Source of the DNA: an uncultured Saccharofermentans sp.
GTDB lineage: Bacteria; Bacillota; Clostridia; Saccharofermentanales; UBA5734
Assembly: GCA_963675845.1 (NCBI GenBank)
Contig: OY776634.1
Coordinates: 1,952,633-2,016,632 of the forward strand
DNA length: 64,000 bases
Reading direction: 5' to 3'
In this document: positions 36,356 to 44,566 of the stretch, piece by piece
Layout: each line of letters starts with the position of its first letter
How positions within the stretch are numbered: the stretch's first letter is position 1
The notes under the pieces: model-generated
What the model was told of the DNA's origin: nothing
What the model saw: the letters and a program-made list of their open reading frames with translations, nothing else
The model's database searches: none
Position numbers and translations under genes: made by a program

Positions 36356-37312
36356 ATGAGATATCTGGCGATCGATTTTGAAACCGCCAATGCCAGGCGC
36401 TCCAGCATCTGCGCGTTTGGCTATGCGCTGTTCGAGGACCATCAGCTGCTGGATACGGCTTCCTTTCTGTGCAAACCTTATCCCAACGACTATGATGACC
36501 GCAATGTCCAGATTCACGGCATTTCCAGCCAGGACACAGACGGCTTGCCCGGATTCGAGCGGCACTTTGAACTGCTTAGCCGTTTCGCTCCGGATTTTCT
36601 GGTTGCGCACAACGCGTCGTTTGAAGCCAGCTGCATCAGGAGCTGGTGTGAAACCCAAGGGTATCCGGTCGATCTCCTGCCGTTTGTCTGCACGCTGAAG
36701 ATCTCAAGAAACATCCATCCTGGCATGACACACAAACTGTCGAGTCTTTGCCGGCTCTATTCGATCCCGCTCGTGCATCACGATGCCGGATCCGATGCGC
36801 TGGCCTGCGGCATGCTGCTGCAGCGCCTGGCAGCCGACTTTGATCCGAGCGGAGATATTGCCCTGCTCAGAGATCAGTTTGGTCAGGACTGCCCGAAGGC
36901 TGCAAAGTCCAAAGCTAGCTTTGCCATCGAGCGATCCGGATACCGGGCAGATCGGATCCGACCGTCGCAGGTGTTTGCGGATGCTTTGGATGCGCTGGAT
37001 GAACAATCGCCACTTCATGGACAGCATATCTGCATGACCGGCGCGTTGGATTTTGCCTCGCGGTCGGGCGCGGCAAAACTTGCGGCCAACCGTGGCGCGA
37101 TCAACCAGGATACGGTTTCACGCAAGACGAATATCCTGGTGATCGGTCCGGACGAGTACGCTCGATACTGGCAGGGGCATAAGACGAACAAAATTCAAAA
37201 GGCCGAGCGCTATATCGAGCAAGGCCAAGTCATTGAACTGCTGGATGAACAAGGATTTTGGAGACGGCTGGGAATTGATCCTTGCGAAACAGGCAACAGG
37301 AGGCGTCTATGA
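36356..37312 (+). CDS. DEDDh 3-prime-5-prime exonuclease (DnaQ/epsilon-like) with C-terminal BRCT domain
   Basis: Exo motifs IDFETAN, AHNASFE, HHDAGSDA. BRCT-like HICMTGALDFASRSGAAKLAANRGAINQDTVSRKTNILVIG. Start moved to ATG 36356. Confidence 0.8.
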   Translation: MRYLAIDFETANARRSSICAFGYALFEDHQLLDTASFLCKPYPNDYDDRNVQIHGISSQDTDGLPGFERHFELLSRFAPDFLVAHNASFEASCIRSWCETQGYPVDLLPFVCTLKISRNIHPGMTHKLSSLCRLYSIPLVHHDAGSDALACGMLLQRLAADFDPSGDIALLRDQFGQDCPKAAKSKASFAIERSGYRADRIRPSQVFADALDALDEQSPLHGQHICMTGALDFASRSGAAKLAANRGAINQDTVSRKTNILVIGPDEYARYWQGHKTNKIQKAERYIEQGQVIELLDEQGFWRRLGIDPCETGNRRRL

Positions 37313-37758
37313 AGACATCAACCCCATTGGGCAGGATCGTGATGCAAATAACAGGTCTGCTGGCTGTGCTGGCAGCCCTGGTGATCAATGTCTGGGCCAG
37401 ACTTGAAATCCAGGAAATCTTGAAAACCGTAGTCCACAGACGATTGGAATACTACCTGCTCGAAACCGCTCTGGCTGTCTTGGCAGGCCTTGCTGCCGGT
37501 TTATTGCTCAGACCGCCGCGATTCAAGATCGTTGCGGCCTTCATGACGGTTGTCTTGCTGCTGCTCACCCTGCTGCCGTGTGCCATCTACTGGTTTCCGC
37601 TCGTATTTATATCACGGTCATTGATGAACCTCACCGAAATTACAGATATCGCAGCCGTGCTGTTTGGCATTTTCCTCGTTTTGTGGATCAAGGCTGGGTT
37701 GAGCGGGCGAAAAATGAAGAAACACCCCAAGACAGACAACAGACAGGAGGACTTATGA
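37309..37758 (+). CDS. Polytopic membrane protein (4 TM), hypothetical
   Basis: ATGA overlap with the exonuclease stop, preceded by AGGAGG. Four hydrophobic helices and a basic tail. Confidence 0.65.
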   Translation: MKTSTPLGRIVMQITGLLAVLAALVINVWARLEIQEILKTVVHRRLEYYLLETALAVLAGLAAGLLLRPPRFKIVAAFMTVVLLLLTLLPCAIYWFPLVFISRSLMNLTEITDIAAVLFGIFLVLWIKAGLSGRKMKKHPKTDNRQEDL

Positions 37759-38168
37759 AAACCTTGAAAAGACACATTCCGACAATCCTTTCGGCGATCG
37801 GCATCGCGTTGATCATGTATTTTCTGCGCCAGTTTTACCTGGATTTTCTGATTGCTGCCAATCGCTTGGAATTTCCCGCCTTTGACATCTATCGCGCTAT
37901 TCTTTCGGTCGGGATGATTCTAATCGGCTGGCTAGTTGAATTGAGGCGGATCATCGCAGGGTTCATCAAAGGCTTTCGGATCAATATTTTGCTGCTGGTT
38001 ATCTCTTTACTGCTGGCAGCAGTATTATTCATTCCTTATGAAGTAATGAGTCGTATCACCGGAATGGGATTTTGGTTTGACATCATGCAACTTGGAATTT
38101 TTCGAAGCGCATGGGGTATCCTGGCCGGTATCGGGATGATCCGGGCGATCACCAAACCTGTGGCATAG
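37755..38168 (+). CDS. Polytopic membrane protein (4 TM), hypothetical
   Basis: ATGA overlap with the previous gene, preceded by AGGAGG. Four hydrophobic helices. Confidence 0.65.
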   Translation: MKTLKRHIPTILSAIGIALIMYFLRQFYLDFLIAANRLEFPAFDIYRAILSVGMILIGWLVELRRIIAGFIKGFRINILLLVISLLLAAVLFIPYEVMSRITGMGFWFDIMQLGIFRSAWGILAGIGMIRAITKPVA

Positions 38169-38180
38169 CGGGGCGATCAT

Positions 38181-39593
38181 TCACCGGTCTTGCTGGCTGT
38201 TGGCGTGCTTTCTGCGCCCTTTCAGCCAAAACCAAACGATCAGGCCTGCCAGGACAAGCAGCCCGATGCCCGCCAGAAGGCCGGGCAGCCATCGGCTGGT
38301 GCCGGCACCATCGTTAGAATCGACTATTGTTGTGCTTCCCTGAGTCGGAGTGAAATCGGATTGAGCGGCCTCACAGGCTTCGATGGCCTGCTGCTCGGTG
38401 TCGAACATGGCGCCGCCGCGCTGTTCGCATTCGGAAATGGGAACGAAATCGACCTGGCCGTTGGCGCAGCACCAGACTTCATCTTCGGGCGCCTGTTCAC
38501 AGGCTTCGATGGCCTGCTGCTCGGTGTCGAACATGGCGCCGCCGCGCTGCTCACATTCGGAAATGGGAACGAAATCGACCTGGCCGTTGGCGCAGCACCA
38601 GACTTCTTCTTCGGGCATCTGTTCACAGGCTTCGATGGCCTGCTGCTCGGTGTCGAACATGGCGCCGCCGCGCTGTTCGCACTCGGAGATGGGAACGAAA
38701 TCGACCTGGCCGTTGGCGCAGCACCAGACTTCTTCCTCATATCCTGTGGTTGTTTCAGCCGGCGGCGATGGATCGGTCTCGCTCGCGCAGGTTGTGACGA
38801 CCTGCAGGCAATTGTTGCTTTCGTTGGACTCCTGGATGATGTTGTCATCCTCATCTAAATCACTCGTATCGGCACACACCCGGATTGTCATGTTGCAGAC
38901 TAGATCGATGCCCTGGCTGCCGACATCAAATTCACCTGAATACTGCTGGCCAGGTGCCAGTGTAGTCGGAACAGTATGCATGAAAGATTGCGCGTTGCCA
39001 TTTTGGATGTAGATGTACTGAACAGAAAACCCGGCTGCGGCTGATTCCTGACCGGCATTTTTGACTGTGAAGCTGATGATATCGGCAGTCAAATCATACC
39101 CGATGCCAGAAATGATCAGATCCGGCAGATCCGAAGCTGTTGTTGCAGAAGGGTCCCGATCCCAGAACTTGTTGCCTGTTTTGACCAGGCTGTCAATCGG
39201 GGCTTGATACTCAATCCAGTTCGGGTTTCTGACGATGCCATCGACAGTGGTCGCGCCGACCGATTCATAACCGGTTGGATCAGTCTCAGCAATCCGGTAA
39301 TAGTCATATAGGGTTGTGACCTCGAGACCAAACCAGCCGCTGGAATTAGTTGTCGTGCTGCCGATCAGGGATCCGCTGTCCGGATACGGGTTATGGGCTC
39401 CGAAAACCGAAACGCTGACACCCGCCAGCGGCTGGCTTTCATCGCCGACTTCGCCCGCATAAACACGACCAGACAATGTGTAACTGGCTACGGCAGAAGT
39501 TCCTTGAATTGGATAGGCGCAAACAGCGGCAAAGATGATTGCCAGAATCAAGACAGCGGTTGTTTTGAAACGTGTTGTGCTCTTGTGCTTCAT
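38181..39593 (-). CDS. Secreted, C-terminally anchored surface protein: Cna-B/SdrD-like domain, CARDB domain, 3 Cys-rich repeats
   Basis: Start moved to MKHKSTTRFKTTAVLILAIIFAAV (ATG 39593). SGRVYAG..LAGVSVSVFG..SSGWFGL. CARDB block PDLIISG..FTVKNAG..ESNESNNC. Three copies of EVWCCANGQVDFVPISECEQRGGAMFDTEQQAIEACE. C-terminal TM followed by KGRRKH. Confidence 0.8.
   Translation of the reverse strand: MKHKSTTRFKTTAVLILAIIFAAVCAYPIQGTSAVASYTLSGRVYAGEVGDESQPLAGVSVSVFGAHNPYPDSGSLIGSTTTNSSGWFGLEVTTLYDYYRIAETDPTGYESVGATTVDGIVRNPNWIEYQAPIDSLVKTGNKFWDRDPSATTASDLPDLIISGIGYDLTADIISFTVKNAGQESAAAGFSVQYIYIQNGNAQSFMHTVPTTLAPGQQYSGEFDVGSQGIDLVCNMTIRVCADTSDLDEDDNIIQESNESNNCLQVVTTCASETDPSPPAETTTGYEEEVWCCANGQVDFVPISECEQRGGAMFDTEQQAIEACEQMPEEEVWCCANGQVDFVPISECEQRGGAMFDTEQQAIEACEQAPEDEVWCCANGQVDFVPISECEQRGGAMFDTEQQAIEACEAAQSDFTPTQGSTTIVDSNDGAGTSRWLPGLLAGIGLLVLAGLIVWFWLKGRRKHANSQQDR
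38372..38749 (-). repeat. Three tandem 126-nt coding repeats (42-aa Cys-rich module)
   Basis: Units start at 38372, 38498 and 38624 on the plus strand. There are only a handful of differences between units, and the core differences are synonymous: ISECEQ is encoded three different ways. Confidence 0.95.
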
Positions 39594-39783
39594 AGGACAT
39601 TTCCCATTCAAAAAACATGATTGCACAACCTGCTCTACACAATTCAATTATAACACGAACACGTGGAATTGATACTGAACCTGTTGGCTTGAAATGGCTG
39701 GGCAGGCCGGTGCCTTTGGCCGGAGCAGTAAAACCCGGAGCCATTGCGCGAATTGAAGGGAAATGGTCAATACAAAACCAATA

Positions 39784-39812
39784 TTGACAGCTCGTGACTG
39801 AATCGATATCAT
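39784..39812 (+). promoter_or_regulatory. Sigma-70-type promoter for the TM2-domain gene
   Basis: TTGACA (39784-39789), 17-nt spacer, TATCAT (39807-39812). Confidence 0.45.
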
Positions 39813-39862
39813 ATCTATTGAACTATATTAACAACTATATGAATGAATTTTGGGAGGACAGT

Positions 39863-40063
39863 ATGGACAAAGTTGCAGCAATCCTGATCACATTTTTCCT
39901 GGGCGGTCTGGGCGTACACCGCTTCATGGCCGGTAAAATCGGCACTGGTGTCCTGTGGCTGTTAACTGGCGGCTGCTTTGGCATCGGCTGGCTCGTCGAC
40001 TTCATCATGGTCTGCGTCGGCAGCTTCACGCAAAAGGATGGCACCATCTGGACCAAAGAATAA
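39863..40063 (+). CDS. TM2 domain-containing membrane protein
   Basis: ATG 39863 follows GGGAGGA. ILITFFLGGLGVHRFMAGKIGTGVLWLLTGGCFGIGWLVDFI is a TM2 signature. Confidence 0.8.
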   Translation: MDKVAAILITFFLGGLGVHRFMAGKIGTGVLWLLTGGCFGIGWLVDFIMVCVGSFTQKDGTIWTKE

Positions 40064-40398
40064 GTTGAACCAGTATGCCACGCAATCGATCATGGATTGA
40101 AGAACAGCACCTGCCTTCACGATATCAATTAAGTGGAGAGCAAGTGCTGTTTTCGGTCAGGCTGTGATGTTGGATCAACATCAATTTATGTTCAATTTGC
40201 GTCAAGCCATTCATTACATGGCCGGATCAATGGACAAGTCGAAGTCAAACCGATTCATCTGTTGACTGTTTGGATTATAATGGGAATGAACCTCGTGCTA
40301 TCCATCTCACCACCTTCGCTAGGCTTAGAGGTGGGAGAATTTCACACGTTTTGTTAACTCCAGTCCGATTAGAAATGACACATGCCGGAGGTTTGGCT

Positions 40399-41133
40399 AT
40401 GAAGCGTATCCTGATGTTAACCCTGATCTGTACCCTGTTTCTAGCTGGCTGCGCGCAGCAGCCCCGCTCTCCTGAGATTTTGAAATTCGCAATCGACCAC
40501 GCCGATGACCTGACCATCGGTTATGTTGTATCCAGCTATGCCATGGTCGGCGCCGACCAGGTTTCGATCGACCAGCTGGTCGAAGAGCTGAACGCGCTGG
40601 CGTTTGACGAGACCGACAGCCAGCTGGATGCCGAGCATGCGCTGATCGTGACTTTGTCAGACAAAGGCGAACAGGTCGCCAGTTTTATGGTCGACGAACA
40701 AGGCATCTTCCTGATCAATGGCTCTGGCAAGCGATATGAGGTATCCAGCGGCGATTTCAGCTACGCGAGACTGAAACGGCAGTATGACCAGAGCCGGCCG
40801 ACAGGTCTGGAACCTCAGCGTCAGCGGCTGCTGGACCTCGTCAACGGCATCATCCAGTATGATCCGGACCATCCGGACCTGTTGCTCAGCAGCAACCCCT
40901 ACGACTATATTGAAGCGCACCAGGCGCTGTATGATCAACTGGTCTCAGGTGGTCAGAGCACCGCGGTCATCCTGATCGATATCCTGCGTGAATCGAATGA
41001 GTTTGGACTGGATAAGTACATCATGGCCCAGGCCTTGGCGGACATCACCGGCATCGACAGCGGACTGGACAAGACCTGGGCGAGTGCCGATGAGTGGCTT
41101 GAATTGTATGAGCACGAGATGGCGGGCGGCTGA
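40399..41133 (+). CDS. Hypothetical lipoprotein
   Basis: ATG 40399 follows GGAGG. MKRILMLTLICTLFLAGC has a lipobox. Confidence 0.65.
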   Translation: MKRILMLTLICTLFLAGCAQQPRSPEILKFAIDHADDLTIGYVVSSYAMVGADQVSIDQLVEELNALAFDETDSQLDAEHALIVTLSDKGEQVASFMVDEQGIFLINGSGKRYEVSSGDFSYARLKRQYDQSRPTGLEPQRQRLLDLVNGIIQYDPDHPDLLLSSNPYDYIEAHQALYDQLVSGGQSTAVILIDILRESNEFGLDKYIMAQALADITGIDSGLDKTWASADEWLELYEHEMAGG

Positions 41134-41228
41134 TATTATTCGATATGGTGCATATATAAGTGCAATATATAATAAATTGAACTATAGAGTGCAACAATAT
41201 ATATATTGCATTTAAAATAGCAATAAAA

Positions 41229-41258
41229 TTGACAAGGTGATCGTCGCTGACCTATAAT
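41229..41258 (+). promoter_or_regulatory. Consensus sigma-70 promoter upstream of satD-like gene
   Basis: TTGACA (41229-41234), 18-nt spacer, TATAAT (41253-41258), then GGAGG and ATG 41277. Sits in a short AT-rich spacer. Confidence 0.6.
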
Positions 41259-41276
41259 TATCTCGGAGGCGTCTAT

Positions 41277-41942
41277 ATGTATTGTGCCATTATCGGTGAT
41301 ATCAAGGCATCCAGAAGCATTGAAAGACGACATGAGCTTCAAATCAAGTTGAATCAGGTGTTAGTTCAAATCAATGCGTCGTATGCCGATGAAATCAAGT
41401 CACCCTTTCAGATCACGCTGGGCGATGAGTTTCAGGGGCTTCTGGTTCGGCCGGATGTCGTGATGGATATCGTTGAGCGAATTAAATTTCAGCTGTATCC
41501 GCATGCTGTTCGATTTGGTGTTGGCCTTGGTGAAATGTACACCGAGGTACACGAAATGTCTGCATTGGGATCGGATGGTCCGGCGTATTATGCTGCGCGT
41601 GACGCGATCGAGCAGCTTAAGAAGGCCAGGCACCGATACCAGCAGGTTCAATCAGACGTCTGCATACTCAGTCAAAACCAGCAGGATGCCTGGCTTCAGA
41701 TCATCAACTCATCGCTCGCCGTATGCTATTACCTGGCATCCGGATGGTCAGATAAACAACGTGAGATAATTGAACTGGTGATGCTGCAGGATCTAACGCA
41801 AAACGAGGCAGCTGAACGCATCGGTATTGATCCATCGGCAGCCAACCGTCGTCTGGCGGCTTCCGGGTATATCTATTATCTGAAAACCAGGGAGTCAATC
41901 AACACAGCGCTTCAAGAGCTATGGAGGAGTATGACACCATGA
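41277..41942 (+). CDS. SatD family protein
   Basis: MYCAIIGDIKASRSI...ITLGDEFQGLL N-terminal domain and a C-terminal HTH LTQNEAAERIGIDPSAANRRL. Paired with a DUF3307 gene, as SatD genes typically are. Confidence 0.65.
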   Translation: MYCAIIGDIKASRSIERRHELQIKLNQVLVQINASYADEIKSPFQITLGDEFQGLLVRPDVVMDIVERIKFQLYPHAVRFGVGLGEMYTEVHEMSALGSDGPAYYAARDAIEQLKKARHRYQQVQSDVCILSQNQQDAWLQIINSSLAVCYYLASGWSDKQREIIELVMLQDLTQNEAAERIGIDPSAANRRLAASGYIYYLKTRESINTALQELWRSMTP

Positions 41943-42676
41943 CAGACGTCTTCATTATTCTATTCGCAGCCCATTTAGTGGGGGATTTCTATTGCCAAAG
42001 CAAAGGCCTGTCATTGAAAAAGACCAACCAATACCGCTATGTTCTGTTGCATGGCCTATACTATGCCATCGCTGCCCTGGTTTTTCTGGTTTTCCAGCCA
42101 ACCTTGGCGGTGTTGCTGTTGAGCCTGGGGTTCGCCGGGTTTCACCTGATCATTGATACCGGGAAGCTTTTCATTCTAAAAAGCACAAAGCTGAAAGGCA
42201 TCAACCCAGGCAAATTCATGTATGCCGGAGACCAGATCCTCCATGTTGCCAGTCTAGTCTTGCTAGCTGCCGTGTTGTTTGACACTTTGCAGGTCAGACC
42301 GCTGTTCGCGAACTTTCTGATGCGCTACGATTGGTCAATGACCACAGTTGTCCGCTTGATCCTGTTGTTTCTATTGATTTTCAAACCGGCCAATGTGACT
42401 TTCCGAAATCTGTTCGGCCAGCTCAAGCCTGAAGACGATTTAGCGAAAGCCGAACAGGACAGACGCGCCGGTGCGGTTATTGGCAATATGGAGCGCCTTC
42501 TGATCGCGCTGCTGATGCTGCTTGGTCAGTACACCGCGATTGGCCTGGTCCTGACCGGTAAATCAATCGCTCGATACAAGAAGATTGCCGACGAGAAATC
42601 ATTTGCCGAGTACTACCTGATCGGAACATTTTACAGCCTGATTGTTGTCATCGGACCCTTCATGATTTTGTGTTAG
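41939..42676 (+). CDS. DUF3307 domain membrane protein
   Basis: ATGA overlap with the satD-like stop. FIILFAAHLVGDFYCQS opening motif. Multi-TM. Confidence 0.65.
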   Translation: MTDVFIILFAAHLVGDFYCQSKGLSLKKTNQYRYVLLHGLYYAIAALVFLVFQPTLAVLLLSLGFAGFHLIIDTGKLFILKSTKLKGINPGKFMYAGDQILHVASLVLLAAVLFDTLQVRPLFANFLMRYDWSMTTVVRLILLFLLIFKPANVTFRNLFGQLKPEDDLAKAEQDRRAGAVIGNMERLLIALLMLLGQYTAIGLVLTGKSIARYKKIADEKSFAEYYLIGTFYSLIVVIGPFMILC

Positions 42677-42786
42677 CTGCTCATCTAGAGCGATCTGTCT
42701 CTGCGATCGTTTGACACTTTTTCGATTACGGGCGTATGATGAAAACATCGATCATTCGCCTGTTTGTCAATAGGGGGTTTTTGCTT

Positions 42787-43290
42787 ATGTCAGAAGAATC
42801 GCTGAGCGAGATGCGCCGCAAGAACACTGAGGAAAAACAAGCCGAGATGCCGTCCCTGATCAACATTATCACAGCCCTGGCCCAGCGGGACTGCTTCCCG
42901 TCGGACAAGCTGGTTCGCGTCCTGGACGGACACGACAATTTGCTGAGCTATCAGTTTGAATTTGCCAATCCCTGGTACGTCGCGCAACCTGTCTCGACGA
43001 TCGAGAGTCTGAGGATCGAGATCGACGACCAGCCGGTTGGAACATGCGACCTGGCCCTGGTCATCCGAGACCAGATTGTCCCGATTGACGTTGCCAGGAC
43101 GTTTCATGAACTCTGGTGGGGGTTTGCCGAGATCGCCCGGGTTGAAATCAAGGCTGGCGTCGTTCGTGAGCTTGCACCAGGATCCTGTGTTGACCTCAAG
43201 CTCGTTCTGGACATGAGGACAACGATCAATTACGGGCTCAAGGACAATCTGGCCCAATACGTCCTGAATCATAGACTGGAGGTCGAATAA
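42787..43290 (+). CDS. Divergent C-glycoside deglycosidase beta-subunit-like protein (pair 1)
   Basis: 167 aa from ATG 42787. SYQFEFANPWYVAQPVSTIESLRIEIDDQPV aligns by eye with the YYRG.PLS...VDG block of the two other small subunits. The stop lies 1 nt before the TIM-barrel gene. Confidence 0.45.
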   Translation: MSEESLSEMRRKNTEEKQAEMPSLINIITALAQRDCFPSDKLVRVLDGHDNLLSYQFEFANPWYVAQPVSTIESLRIEIDDQPVGTCDLALVIRDQIVPIDVARTFHELWWGFAEIARVEIKAGVVRELAPGSCVDLKLVLDMRTTINYGLKDNLAQYVLNHRLEVE

Positions 43291-43291
43291 C

Positions 43292-44089
43292 ATGAAAATC
43301 GGAATCAGCCTTTATACTTATGGCGCCGACCTCCATGCCCGGAAGATGACGGTTCGCCAGGCTATTGAACACGCGGCTGAGATCGGCTGTGACGGGGTTG
43401 AAGTCATCGGCGACCAGCATCTGGCAGGTTGGCCGAATCCGTCTCCGGCGGATCTTTTATCCTTTCGGGAATTGATTGAATCCAAGGGGCTGGAAGTCTC
43501 CTGCTTCAGCACTTATCTGGCCGATATGGTCCGCTCGGACCGGCATCTGACCACGGACGAACTGATTTATGAGGCCCAAAAGCATATCGTGATGGCCAGC
43601 CAGCTGGGCGCCAAAATCTGCCGCCCGATCTACAGCGCAGAATCCAAAGATGACCTGTTGCGGGTCATTGAGCCCTGCGTACCGCTTTTGGCTAAGCTGG
43701 GCGTGATCTGGGCGATTGAGGTTCACGCGCCGTACCCTCCGGCATTTTTCAATGAACTGATCCGGCAGATCGATTCACCGCATGTCAAGCTCCTGCCGGA
43801 CTTTTCCTGCTGGCAGACGATGGGGCTGCCTACCGAGTACTCCAAAAACGATATCCAGAGCTTTATTGATATCCTGCCCTACGCGGTCTACTGTCATGGC
43901 AAGGCGCACATGTTTGACGAGAACGGTGAAGAGCCCGGCACCCCGTACCGGGAACTGCTGGGCGCCCTCAAGGACAATGACTTCAGCGGTTATGTGGTCT
44001 CGGAGTACGAGGGCTGGCTGATGGGCTATCTCGACAGCCGGACGATTGCCAAAACCCATGTCGATCTGCTTCGCAAGTATGGCAAGTAG
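43292..44089 (+). CDS. Sugar phosphate isomerase/epimerase (xylose-isomerase-like TIM barrel), short deglycosidase alpha-like (pair 1)
   Basis: KIGISLYTYG, IEVHAPY, LLPDFSCW, VYCHGKAHMF, FSGYVVSEYEGW. 265 aa; lacks the ~90-aa insertion present in the other two paralogs. Confidence 0.75.
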   Translation: MKIGISLYTYGADLHARKMTVRQAIEHAAEIGCDGVEVIGDQHLAGWPNPSPADLLSFRELIESKGLEVSCFSTYLADMVRSDRHLTTDELIYEAQKHIVMASQLGAKICRPIYSAESKDDLLRVIEPCVPLLAKLGVIWAIEVHAPYPPAFFNELIRQIDSPHVKLLPDFSCWQTMGLPTEYSKNDIQSFIDILPYAVYCHGKAHMFDENGEEPGTPYRELLGALKDNDFSGYVVSEYEGWLMGYLDSRTIAKTHVDLLRKYGK

Positions 44090-44148
44090 GGTAGAAGGAT
44101 CAAGTTCTGAATCATTGCATAACAACACCACAAGAGGGGGAACGCCCC

Positions 44149-44562
44149 ATGCATTTGATGAAATATGTTCTGTGTGAAGACGGGTTTGAGAACCGGATGG
44201 CTGACGGCAAAGCTGTAGGGTTCAACGTCCGGATGAGAATCCCCTATTACCGGGGCGTGCCGCTCTCAATGGTCGAAGACATCCTGATTAAGGTTGACGG
44301 TGTGAGCTACACCGGCGCCGACCTCCTGTTTGAGGTGCGCGACGGCATATTCTCGATCGCCGAGATGCCAACCGTGGTCCGGCACCGCTGGCTTTACGGC
44401 GAAAAAGCAGTGGTCCGGGTCAACAAGCCCGGCGGTCTTGCGCCAGGCAGCCACCATGTCGAGGCATATGCCAAGCTGCGGATCAGCTATTTGCCGATCC
44501 AGGGCTTGGCCGGCGGCTTCGCTGATCTGGATATTCTCCAGAAGACCGTGACAGGAGAGTAA
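44149..44562 (+). CDS. C-glycoside deglycosidase beta-subunit-like protein (DUF6379-type, pair 2)
   Basis: CEDGFENRMADGKAVGFNVRMRIPYYRGVPLSMVEDILIKVDGVSY...HRWLYGEKAVVRV. 137 aa. Ends 4 nt before the TIM-barrel gene. Confidence 0.6.
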   Translation: MHLMKYVLCEDGFENRMADGKAVGFNVRMRIPYYRGVPLSMVEDILIKVDGVSYTGADLLFEVRDGIFSIAEMPTVVRHRWLYGEKAVVRVNKPGGLAPGSHHVEAYAKLRISYLPIQGLAGGFADLDILQKTVTGE

Positions 44563-44566
44563 GGCT

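Noticed and set aside
38372-38749. Tandem repeats considered as a CRISPR array or minisatellite
   Set aside because: The units are contiguous with no spacers, 126 nt long, in frame and protein-coding under purifying selection. No cas genes or leader are present.
38190-39012. Plus-strand ORFs of 222 and 209 aa with internal repeats
   Set aside because: Their repetitiveness is only the mirror image of the 126-nt coding repeats of the minus-strand CARDB gene. The minus strand has the signal peptide, the CARDB motifs, and synonymous-only variation between repeat units.
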